Below, piece after piece: positions 8,779-18,900 of a DNA stretch of 35,755 nucleotides; within the stretch, counting starts at the first letter, position 1; each line of letters begins with the position of its first letter. This stretch comes from a bacterium. GTDB lineage: Bacteria > Eisenbacteria > RBG-16-71-46. The notes under the pieces are model-generated. The model worked only from the letters and a program-made list of their open reading frames with translations, did not search any database and was not told the origin of the DNA. The stretch lies in contig JAYWEM010000138.1 in the NCBI GenBank assembly GCA_043779265.1, positions 1-35,755 on the forward strand, written 5' to 3'. A program made the translations under genes and the position numbers.

Positions 8779-10919
8779 CAGGCCGACTCCTTCAGGTTCT
8801 CCTGATCACGCCGAGGTCCGAACGTGAGCGAGGTGATGTTCCCGCGCGCGGTGCCCGGTCGATAACCGAATCCGCGCATGACGTTGTGGATGATGTCCAG
8901 CCCGATGCCCCGCCCCCGTCGGCGGACGTCGGGTTGTTCGAAATCCGAGGCACTCCATGCCTCGGGTTGGTACTGGGCACCCTCATCTCGAATGATGAAC
9001 GTGCCAGTTCGAAGCAGGCGGCTGGCCCGAGCCTCGGCCGTCTCCCCGGGAACGGGGGGAGTCGCCTCACCGGTGAGCCACCAGAGCTGGAAGTCGATCG
9101 GAGTCCGGCCCGCGAAGCCATGCTCGGCGATGTTCGCTCCCGCCTCGTAGAGGGCCGACGTCAGCCACTCCATCTCCTCTCGCGCGAGGTCACGCAGCGC
9201 GGGGATGCAGGCGAGCCATGGCCGGATCGAGTGCAGCGAGTCGAGTGACGCCTGGAGTGTCAGGCCGACTCCGCCCGCCTCGGCCGAGTGCAGCGCGTCC
9301 AGGGCCGAGCGGTCCGCGGGATCCGGGCTCGAGCGCTCGATGGGAGCGGGCAATTCGGCCGAGAGGATCAAGATCGACTCGTCGTCCTCGGGCGGCGCGC
9401 CACCCGTCCAGTCCTGGATCGCAGCGTGCAGTCGACTCATCACGACATCCGCCCCCCTCGGAGCGGCGTTTTGCAGCACGGCCGAGAGGCGCGAGAGCCC
9501 GAACTCCTCCTGCGTGGCTGCGGCGAACGCCTCCGTGAACCCATCCGTGTATTGGATCGCCATGTCGCCCGGAGCGAGGGTGACCTCCTGGTCCTGGAGG
9601 GAGCACCGGATGACTCCTCCTCGGATGGCCGCCAAGGGGATGCCCTTCGTGGCCAGGGTCTCGACTTCCGCACGACCGCTGCGGACGATGAGAAGGGGGT
9701 TGTGTCCTGCCGAAGCGTAGATGAACCGACCCGTTTCGGGATCGAGGATCCCGTAGAACAGCGTCACGAAAACGCCCGGGCTGAGTGATTCGCAGAGCCT
9801 GGCGTCCAGCTCGACGAGCAGTTCGGAGGGGGAGTCGTATCGGTCACGGAGCGCGCGAAGGAGCGAGGACAACATCGCCATGACCATGCAGCCTGCGAGG
9901 CCCTTGCCCGCGACATCCGCCATCGCGATGGCGATCCGACCGTCCGAACGGCGGAGAACGTCGTAGTAGTCCCCGCCGACCTCGGCCGCCGTGCGCTGAT
10001 TCCAACGGATGAGGAACGGTGCGGCTTCGACCGGCCGAGAGGGCATGATCGAGAGCTGGATCTCGTGCGCGAGTTCCAACTCGCGGCCCAATCGCTCACG
10101 CTCGACCATCTCGGCTCGGGCCCGGCGCAGGGCGGCGGTCATCTCGTTGACGGTTCCCGCGAGCAGCCCCAGCTCCGTGCGGTCATCGGAGGCGATGGGC
10201 GAATCGAGATCGCCCTGCCCGATGCGCTGCAATCCGGCTCGGATAGCTGCGATCGGACGAAGCAGCGCCGACATCAGGACGAACGCGGCCGCGATACCGA
10301 CTGCGAGAAACGCGAGCATGACGAGCAACTGCTGCCGCCTCGAGGCGGCCAGTGCGCTCTCGACATAGTCGCGCTGCAGGCTGACATACGCTCGACCGAT
10401 GATCCTCTCGCCCTCGCTCGAGCGGACCGGCACCTCGGCGAAGAGCTCATGACCACCGCCTCGCAGCACTTCGCCGTCTCCGACGTGGGCGCCCGGCGAT
10501 GGGATCACCGAGAGACTCACCTCGGGCACGTACGGTGTGTCGAGACGAGCCACATCGGGGTGCGCCTGGATGCGACCCTCGTGATCGACCACCGCGGCGA
10601 ACGCCAACTCAGGCTGTCGATCGAGCAATTGGCGCACGACCGGCTGCAGCGTCAGTTCGGGGAAATCGGTCAGCAGGGCCCCTGCGCTCGTGAGGGCGAG
10701 GTTGCGGGCCAACAGCAGTGTGCGGGACTGGAGCTCACGATCCAGCGCCTGCCTCGCGTTGCGGTCGGCGACCGCCCCGACGCTGAGTACCGCGAGTATG
10801 GTGAGGAGCACGGCCACGGACGTCACGATCCAGCGAATGCTCCAGACGCGCCGACCGGCACGGTCGGAGAGCTTCGCGAACATGCGCTCGGAGGCTGGCA
10901 ATGGGCGGGAAGTGGTCAC
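8778..10919 (-). CDS. Membrane sensor: TM-periplasmic domain-TM-HAMP-SpoIIE/PP2C phosphatase fused to an RsbW/SpoIIAB-type HATPase kinase
   Basis: Two hydrophobic segments; HAMP (RPIAAI..GDL..ELGLLAGTVNEM); PP2C motifs VGGDYYD, ADVAGKG, YTDGFTEA and EDDESI; C-terminal LYEAGANIAEHG, DEG and GRGIGLDII. Confidence 0.9.
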   Translation of the reverse strand: MTTSRPLPASERMFAKLSDRAGRRVWSIRWIVTSVAVLLTILAVLSVGAVADRNARQALDRELQSRTLLLARNLALTSAGALLTDFPELTLQPVVRQLLDRQPELAFAAVVDHEGRIQAHPDVARLDTPYVPEVSLSVIPSPGAHVGDGEVLRGGGHELFAEVPVRSSEGERIIGRAYVSLQRDYVESALAASRRQQLLVMLAFLAVGIAAAFVLMSALLRPIAAIRAGLQRIGQGDLDSPIASDDRTELGLLAGTVNEMTAALRRARAEMVERERLGRELELAHEIQLSIMPSRPVEAAPFLIRWNQRTAAEVGGDYYDVLRRSDGRIAIAMADVAGKGLAGCMVMAMLSSLLRALRDRYDSPSELLVELDARLCESLSPGVFVTLFYGILDPETGRFIYASAGHNPLLIVRSGRAEVETLATKGIPLAAIRGGVIRCSLQDQEVTLAPGDMAIQYTDGFTEAFAAATQEEFGLSRLSAVLQNAAPRGADVVMSRLHAAIQDWTGGAPPEDDESILILSAELPAPIERSSPDPADRSALDALHSAEAGGVGLTLQASLDSLHSIRPWLACIPALRDLAREEMEWLTSALYEAGANIAEHGFAGRTPIDFQLWWLTGEATPPVPGETAEARASRLLRTGTFIIRDEGAQYQPEAWSASDFEQPDVRRRGRGIGLDIIHNVMRGFGYRPGTARGNITSLTFGPRRDQENLKESA

Positions 10920-12946
10920 GGTGTCGCGCCCAGGATCTCGCGACTGCGAGCGATCTGCTGTTGGGCACGCGCGAGGTAGCCGCCAGCGCGAGCGTCGTTC
11001 GGGTCGATACGCAGGACGTTGCGCCAGTGCGTGACGGCCGCTTCCAGACGACCGGCGGCAAAGGCCTCCATGCCGCGAGTCAGGTACTCGCGCTTCAGGT
11101 ACTCGGTCACCTGGCGGTAGCCGGGCTTCGCGTTCCAGACGAGTTCCCAGTAGCGCATCGCCTCGTCAGGACGCTGGCGCCGAGCGGCATCGAGGCCGCG
11201 TCGGTAGAGCGCTTCGAGTTCGGCCTCGCTCATGCTCTGTTCCTGCCTCGGCACGGGTGCGGCCGCGGAAGCCGACTGCGAGTCACGTGACTTGACGCGT
11301 GCCGCATCCGTCGCGGAGGCGCGTGCGCGCGTCAGAGACGCGCGTACGGCGGCGAGCCTCGGAGCGTCGATATCGAGTAGCGCCGCCTGGTCGAGCAGGG
11401 TCGGTGCGTCACCGAGCGCGCCGGCGGCGATTGCCGCTGCCGCCTGTGAGATGAGCCGCTCGGCGCGGCGCCGCGAGGCCTCGACGGTTCGCTTCAGCAT
11501 CGAGCGCGCATCCGAGTCGAGTGAATCGACCGCGAGGACCGCGAGGAAGCCCGCGCGCGCGGCAGCCAGATCGTCACGGCCGAACGCGTCGAGGGCGACA
11601 GCGAAGCGCTGCCGCAGGTCGGCGGACCGCTTGGCCCGGCGATCGCTCTCGGCGCGGCAACGAATCGCGCCTGCGACGGCCGCCGGGTCCTTGGTGCCGC
11701 TTCGTGTTGCGAGGTCGAAGGTCATCGCGGCGGCCGGGAAATCGCCGCTCTTCTCGAGGGCCGTGGCCTTGCCGATCAGGCACTGGCTCTCCAGGCGAGC
11801 GAGGCGCGGATCATCGGGCGCGAGTGTGCCGATCGCGAGGATCGTCTCGAGGGCCTGATCGAAGCGTCCGCTGGCACGCTCGCGTTCGGCGCGATCGAGG
11901 AGGGTCGCGATCTGCTCGGCGTGTTGGCGCCGGAAGGCTTCCGCCAGTCGGCTCTGCAGCGCGTCATCCTCGGCCTTGCGCGCGGCGATGCGACTCGCCT
12001 CCACGCTCGAGCCGAAGTGGAGGGTCACGCCGACACGATGGTCGGTCGCGGACGTGCGGTCCATGTACGCGTAGTCCATCGAGAGATCGCGCCAACGCAT
12101 TCCGATGCCAGCCGTCAGTCGTCCGTCATCGAGTCCCACGCGTGCCGCCGCACCCGGAGTCGGTGCGATCTCGAGGCCGGTGTGGAGTCGCGCGTCCATC
12201 CCTCGCGCCTTCTCGACATCCGCCGTGGCGAGGACCCATCCCCAGCCCAGGGGAAGCTGATAGGCGAGCCCCCCTCGCAGGGTGGCCGGGTCCGGCACGC
12301 TCTCGCGGTCGAGACGCAGGGAGGGTTCGACCGCATTGCGGGCGGTCACGCCGACTTGGAGCCCATTGAGCCAGGAGTCCGGCTGCATGAGCAGTGCGCC
12401 CGGCTTCAGGCTCACGCCGATGTCCATGCCGATGCCGTTGGCCGAGTACCCCGCAAGGCTCTGCCGCTGCAGCTTGACCGAGGCCCCGACTCCGAGGGCT
12501 TCCCCGAAGGGTCGTCCATAGCCGAGCGTCAGCTCGGACTCGGCGTAGGTGAGGTCGCTCGAGAGCAGGACGTTCTCGCTGTCGCGCTGCTCGATGCCGG
12601 CTGTGCCGAACTGACGTGCGGCGACCCCGAGTGTGCCCCAGCGCCAACTCGGCATGACGAAGGCGCCGTACATCTCGCGCATGTCGAGGACGGGGTCGTG
12701 GAAGTCCGTGAACTGGAACTCGGATCGATTCACCCGCCCGAGGCCGCCCGGATTCCACACGAGTGAGCTGGCATCGTCGGCCGCGGCGACGTACCCGCCG
12801 CCCATGGACAGCGCGCGATTGCCGGCACCGAATGCGAACACCGATCGAGTGCCGCCATCGCCGTCGCCCGAGGCGTGGCCCGGGGACGCCGCCGCCAGCA
12901 GCAACAAGAGCCCCATCCCGATCGGAAGACGTCGCAGCGAGGTCAT
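10916..12946 (-). CDS. PorV/PorQ (FadL-like) outer-membrane beta-barrel with a C-terminal TPR-like helical extension
   Basis: Signal peptide, then the family N-terminal motif GAGNRALSMGGGYVAAADDASSLVWNPGGLG. Alternating beta strands end at HRVGVTLHF (~12014), followed by ~365 aa of Ala-rich helices with TPR-like units (e.g. GMEAFAAGRLEAAVTHWRNVLRIDPNDARAGGYL). Confidence 0.8.
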   Translation of the reverse strand: MTSLRRLPIGMGLLLLLAAASPGHASGDGDGGTRSVFAFGAGNRALSMGGGYVAAADDASSLVWNPGGLGRVNRSEFQFTDFHDPVLDMREMYGAFVMPSWRWGTLGVAARQFGTAGIEQRDSENVLLSSDLTYAESELTLGYGRPFGEALGVGASVKLQRQSLAGYSANGIGMDIGVSLKPGALLMQPDSWLNGLQVGVTARNAVEPSLRLDRESVPDPATLRGGLAYQLPLGWGWVLATADVEKARGMDARLHTGLEIAPTPGAAARVGLDDGRLTAGIGMRWRDLSMDYAYMDRTSATDHRVGVTLHFGSSVEASRIAARKAEDDALQSRLAEAFRRQHAEQIATLLDRAERERASGRFDQALETILAIGTLAPDDPRLARLESQCLIGKATALEKSGDFPAAAMTFDLATRSGTKDPAAVAGAIRCRAESDRRAKRSADLRQRFAVALDAFGRDDLAAARAGFLAVLAVDSLDSDARSMLKRTVEASRRRAERLISQAAAAIAAGALGDAPTLLDQAALLDIDAPRLAAVRASLTRARASATDAARVKSRDSQSASAAAPVPRQEQSMSEAELEALYRRGLDAARRQRPDEAMRYWELVWNAKPGYRQVTEYLKREYLTRGMEAFAAGRLEAAVTHWRNVLRIDPNDARAGGYLARAQQQIARSREILGATP

Positions 12947-15900
12947 CGCACCACCGCCATCTTCCGGACCACGCTCTCCGAGGTGCCGTCGTCATAGCGC
13001 ACGCGCAAGCGTGCGACATAGATGCCGTTGTGGACCGTGTCGCCTCGGCCATTGCGCCCGTTCCAGACGTCGCTCTGATGGAGACCCGGCGGCTTCGCAA
13101 CGTCATCGAGCAGCGTGATGACGTCCTCCCCTCGGGCCGACACGATCTGCAGCGTGACGCGAGCCGCGCCACGCAAGTAGTAGGCGACTCGCGTGTCCTC
13201 GCGACCTGCGGCGAACGGGTTCGGGAAGTTCGCGTAGCTGCTCTTGAGATCGACGGGGGAGAAGCCGCCCGCCGAGGTCCACAGTGGGAACGCCGAGCCG
13301 GCGCGTGGTTGGATCGCGACCGTGAGCAGGGCGCTGGCCGGTTGCACGACGCCGATGTCGGCGCGGTCGCAACCGAGCCGGACCCCGCTCGCACTCGCGC
13401 CGCCGCGCGGAATGAATCGCAGTTCGACGTTCCGCGCAGCGACGACATCGATCGCGAGCGTGCTCGAGGCCACCAGCGTGGCCGTGACCGAGTCCACGCT
13501 CAGCGTCGCGCTCTGTGCCCAGAGCGTCCCGTCGACGTGCGCTTCGATCCGAGAGGCAAGGGCACCGATGTTGACCTGGGAATAGGCGCGATCCGAGGCG
13601 CGCACGCGCAGGTGATCCAGCAGGATCGCCCCGGCGGCCGTGCTGTCGACGTTCGAGAGAACGATGAGCCCGGCGCTGACGGAGGTGCCGTCGGCGGCAA
13701 TCACCGTCGGCATGCGGCTGTCGAGGCCGACGGCGAGCAGTCGAGCGGGCGACTCGATCCGTCCGAGTCCTGAGAGGACCGGAAGTTCGGAGCCGGGGTA
13801 AGCCACCGCCAGAACCGGCGAGCCCGAGTTGGCATCACTCACATGGATCCCGGCGGCTGCAACGCTCAGCTCGATCAACCCGGTCGGGGCCGCGGCGTGG
13901 ATGTCGACATCGGCGTTCAGGGTGGCCGTTTCGCCGGGCTCGAGCATCATCGAGGGCAGCGGAACAGTGAAGGTTCCGGTGCCGGAGGGCATCGCCGTCA
14001 CCACCGAGATCGGTGTCCCATTCCACCGCAAGCGCATTCGGCTCAGCACGCTCGCCGAGGCGAGCGGGATGCGGGCTTCATTCCTGCAGGCGATCGACAG
14101 ACTATCGACACGGATCCGCGACGTACCCGGGGTTCCCGTGTGCCGGATCGTCATCTGGAATGCCTGAGCAGCCGGCTGGCCGACGAGCAGGCGTGGGGCG
14201 AGCAGGGGCGTCTGTGCGACCAGCAGGGTCTCGGCGTCGGCCTCCAGTTGAACCGGCGCCCCCGCCACGGAGTCCTGCGGGAAGAAGACGGGTAGCGTCG
14301 AGCGCGTGGTGGCATCACGTGCCTGCAGGCTCATCGGGCTCACCAGTCGAGCTCGATAGCGGCCGAGCGGCGCGAGCGATCGGACGTCGGCCTCGATCCG
14401 GACATCCATCGGCGTGTTGGCCGGGAGGTTGATGGGCGGGGAGAAGCTCAGAGTGAGCGCCGTGCTGTCAGCCGGGACGAGCGCGCGAGTCAGGTGGATC
14501 TGAGCCCCGGTGCGCACACGCAGTGTCGACAGAAGTGAGTGTGGCGGCACGCGCGAACCAGTCGATGCGTCGATCACCTCGAGCCCCATCGCAGAGAGGC
14601 GGACGTCGGAGGAGATCCCGCTCACTCCGGGATTCTCGATGCGAACCAAGAGGAGCGGTACGGCAGTCGCACCGCGGCTCGCGCGCACCGTGTCCGAGGG
14701 CAGGGCCGTCGCGTCGGCGCGTGTCGCCTCGAGGACGACGCGAGCGAGATCGGATCGCACGGGGTAGCCCGTACCCGGCACCTGCACCCGCACGGGAGCG
14801 AGGCTCGTGATGTCCTGGGCCTGGATCGAGAGGCTGTCGTCGAGGATGACGCGGAAACTTGGAATCGTCGTCGAGGGCAGTACGTCGAGTCGCAGAGCGA
14901 GCGTGGTCGGATCCGACTGGGTGATCTGCGCGAACGTGGCGAGCGGGAGGGAGATCTCCGAGCCCGAGGTCTCGAGAATCGACTTCACGAGGTAGACGGA
15001 TGTGCCCTCGCTCACCGTGACACGCTGCAGCAGGGTCGAGGGGATGATCGGGTCGCCGGCGTCATCCTCGAGCCGGATGCGCAGGCTCTGAACTCGGACA
15101 TCCGATGAGCCGACGGCGCCGGGATTGGTGAGCGTGAGGCTGAAGGGAATGACCTCGGATTGCCCTCGATTGACGTTCACCGGCATGGTCTGCGCGGAAA
15201 CCATCTCGAGATCGCTGCTCGCGAGATAGAGTCGATGGGAACCGGAGGAGGTGCGAAGTGCTGTGCGGATCAGGCCGCTCGAGTCCCCGAGGCCAGACGC
15301 ATCGACGTCGAGAAGGACGACGCCCGGTGCCATCGCGAGGCAGGACCACGTCACCGTGTCGACCGCGCCCGGGGCCAACGTGACGAGGCTCGGACTCGGA
15401 CCCGTGGACACCGACAGGGCACCGCTGACGGACATCTGCAGCGTCCCCGGCGCAATGTCGCGGATCGTCTCGGGCCCGACGTTCCTCAGAATCAGCCGCA
15501 GCGGGAGTGTCTGTCCGACGGTGCTCGCCTCGGTGATCGCCAGCGTCGCGAGCAGAGGCGACGTGCTGATGAGCAGCGCGCCCGGGCCGTTCACGTCGAG
15601 GTCGTTCGGTCCATCGTTGCCGGACGTGAAGACGATGCCGTCACGCGGGATCTGCAGGTCGACTCCGACGGAGTCCGACGCCGACGGCGAGATCTGGACG
15701 GAGACGAAGAGCCGCGCCCCGGCTCCGCTCACGGCTTGCGAGAGCAGCGGGCTCTGCCAGGAACCGCCGACCGGGGTCATCGAGCCGAGGAGGACCTCGT
15801 CGCCGGTGCCGGGAGTGAGAGCGCCGTCTCCTCCATCCAGCCAAAGCTGCATGAAGGCGACATCAGAAGACGAGGCGGTGCCGACGTTCCTCACGCGCAC

Positions 15901-18900
15901 GCCCTGGAGTTCATCCGATCGATAGCCATTCGCCGGGATCACGAAGTCGAGCGCGAGAAGGGGGCCATCGCCCGGGCTCACCGTTGCCGACGGTGTGGGG
16001 AAGATCGCGAGCTGAGAGGAGACGAACCCGTCGATCGCCACACGTGCGCCGGAGTCCAGAGGCCAGTTCCCGGCCACCGTCGAAGGCTCTCCGAGCGCGA
16101 CGTCCTCCGGCCCCACGAGTTGCGCGGCGACGATGTCGCCGTCGGCAGCCGCGGTGCGCGACAACTCGACCGTGACGAACACCTGCTGACTGGAGAGTGC
16201 CGGGAGATTGATGCGAAGGCCGCTGAAGACGACGCGGCCATTCGTGTAGAAGCCGCTATCGATGACCGGGTCCACGTCCGTGGCATCGAGAACACCGTCG
16301 TCGTCTCCATCCTCGCGTAGAACGAGCTGGCGGATCTCCCTGTCCAGTTGCGTTGTGGACCCCGGCCCCGTGGTGGAATTCGCCACCGTGAGCATCTCCA
16401 GCGTGCGAGCCGACGCGTACGTGTTGAGCGCACGGAGCTGCAGCACGACGAGATCGCGGTCTCCGGGGGCGGCGCTCGTGGGTGGCAGCGGGATGGCCTC
16501 GAATGTGATGCGGTCGCTGTCGGTCACGATCTGCGCGAACGGATTGGTGACCGATCGGTCGCACGGACCATCATTCGCGCTCGCCATGCTCATGCCGGGA
16601 ACGGCGCCGAACGGGAAGCTGAACTGCAGCGTCGTGCCCTGGGTGGCGAGTGGCGCGAGGTCCGCGCTCACGAACACGCGCTTCCCAGTCGTCGGGATGC
16701 TCTCCGAGAGACCACTCACGACCCAACGGTCGCCCGTGAACGCGAGGGTTCCAAGCAGGCGGTCCGACGTGGAGTTGAAGCTCGCATCTCCGTTGTCGAC
16801 CCAGGCGCGGACGCGCGAGATTTCGACGCCGTTGCGCGCGGAGCCGATGTTCATCACGGAAAGGCCCTGAAGAATATCGGCTTCATAGCCGTTGGCGGGA
16901 AAGACCGCTTGGAGCACGAGCTGATCGACCGCCGAGGGATTGACCCCCCGAGCGAGCACAGGCTCGAGGCCGATCTGCGCTGCGGCCATGCCATCGATGG
17001 GCGTGCCACCGATCGGATCGACGGGCCATGCATTTCCGAAGGTCGTCGCAGGTTCGATCAGAAGCGAAGAAGAAGCCTCGATCCGCAGATCGAGCACATC
17101 TCCATCGCGCGCGGCGAGTGGCGCATACGCGACCACGTGCAGGGATGCCCACTCGAAGGGTGTCAGCGGAATCGACAGGGAATCGAACGTGGCAATGCCA
17201 GCGACCGCAACCGCCCTCGCCAGACGGACATCCCCCGGGCCGAACAGCCCGTCACCGTCATCGACGTACAGGCTCATGGCCCCGAGTGCTTGATCGAGTT
17301 GCGCCTGTGTGCCGGGACCGGTGGTGCGATTCGTGAGCCGGAGGCGACGGAGGGTTCGCGGGTCGGGGTTCCGGTTGAGCATGCGAATGCGACTCACCGC
17401 AGCGCTGTCGCCCGGGAGAATCGCGCCGCCGGTCTGCGTGGCGGTGACCACGAGGTCGGAAGATCCGATCGAGAGCGCGTGACGGTTGTCCGAGTCATCG
17501 TCACGAACGGCGATACCGAGGCTGAGCGTGGCGGCCCGAGCAGCCGCATCCACGAACACGACCCAGTTCGACGGAATCGAGAGCGAGGTGCGTACGGCGA
17601 TCTGGAGTGACGCCGAGCCGTCCGCCGAGAGCACCATCGGCAGCGCCGGCGCGCCGATCACGGTGAAGTAGGCGTCGGCATCGCCGCGAGCGATCCGCGA
17701 GAACACCAGCGTGAGGCTGTCCAGCCGGATGTCCTGATCGGATGGGTTCGCAAGCTGGACCTCGAACGTGGCGATGGACTGCCCGGGCACCAGCGAGGCC
17801 GGCCCGGTGACGCTCCTCACGATGATGCCGGGACGCGGATGGACATGGACGGCGACGCTGTCGGCTGCCGAACCGGATCGGCCGGTAACGGTCCCGATCC
17901 CTCGCGTTGTCGCGGTGAACTGGCCGCTCGCTGTGATCGTCCCGATCGACGGCGAGGTCGCCCAGGTGGCGGCAGGAGGAGCGGGATTCCCATACTCATC
18001 CCACGCCGACGAGTTGAACTGGACGGTGCTGTCCACCGGGCAGTCGAGTGACGCTGGCACGACGAGCATCGTGGCGACCGGACCCGGAGCGACGCGAACC
18101 ACCCAACTGTCGCCATCCGCGACGAGGTTGGCATCCCCCTCGTCGGCACTCTGAGGGGGGAGCGACGTGCCGGTGTCGTCGAACGTGACGCTGAACTTGG
18201 CACCGGTCGCGTCGGCTGCCGTCGGAGCGATCGACGTGAAACGGATCCGGATCAGCTGGCCGTTCTGCACGTTCGTCGCCAGCGCTGCGATGACCGCATC
18301 CGGTCGGCTCGAATCCGCGAAAGCCACCGACGCGCCGCCGACGCGCACGGAGCTGATGGTCGGGACCCCATAGCCGAGCGGCAGGGTGACGCGGAGCCAG
18401 TCGATCCCCGTGTCCGTTCCCACGACTTCGGGCATCACATAGGCGTCGAACACGGTGGAGGCACCGGCCGTGGCGATCGAGGGCTTCACCTCGGCATCCG
18501 CACTGCGGGCGGCAAGTCCGCCGCCGACGATGCTCGCTGTCAGCAGGACCGAATGTTCGGGCGCCGACGTGGAAGAAGCCGGGAGACTCGCAGTCAGTCG
18601 AAGCGGCCCGTGATAGTCCTGCGAGCCCGAGGTTCCCGGGTAGTCGCTCCACAGGTGGAGCGATCGGGTCACCACGGATTCCGACGTCGGCGCGGGTAGT
18701 AGAAGGAGGGTGGTCGAAACGGTGTCCAGTGATCCACCGCCGAGTCCGCTGGCGTCGAGGGCCCACGCCAAGGGCTGGGCGGCCCGCCTCACGAAGAGCG
18801 TGTCGCTGGGGACGATCGCACCGATCAGGTCCTCGGCTCGACCCGCGACTTGTGCCACGTCATTCGCCCAGATCCGAAGCTCGACGGCGCCGCTCGTGGG

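Noticed and set aside
13035..13052. RGD integrin-binding motif in the giant protein
   Set aside because: It lies inside the sorting CTD at the usual WxGxxxxG position, and RGD arises often by chance in GC-rich genes.
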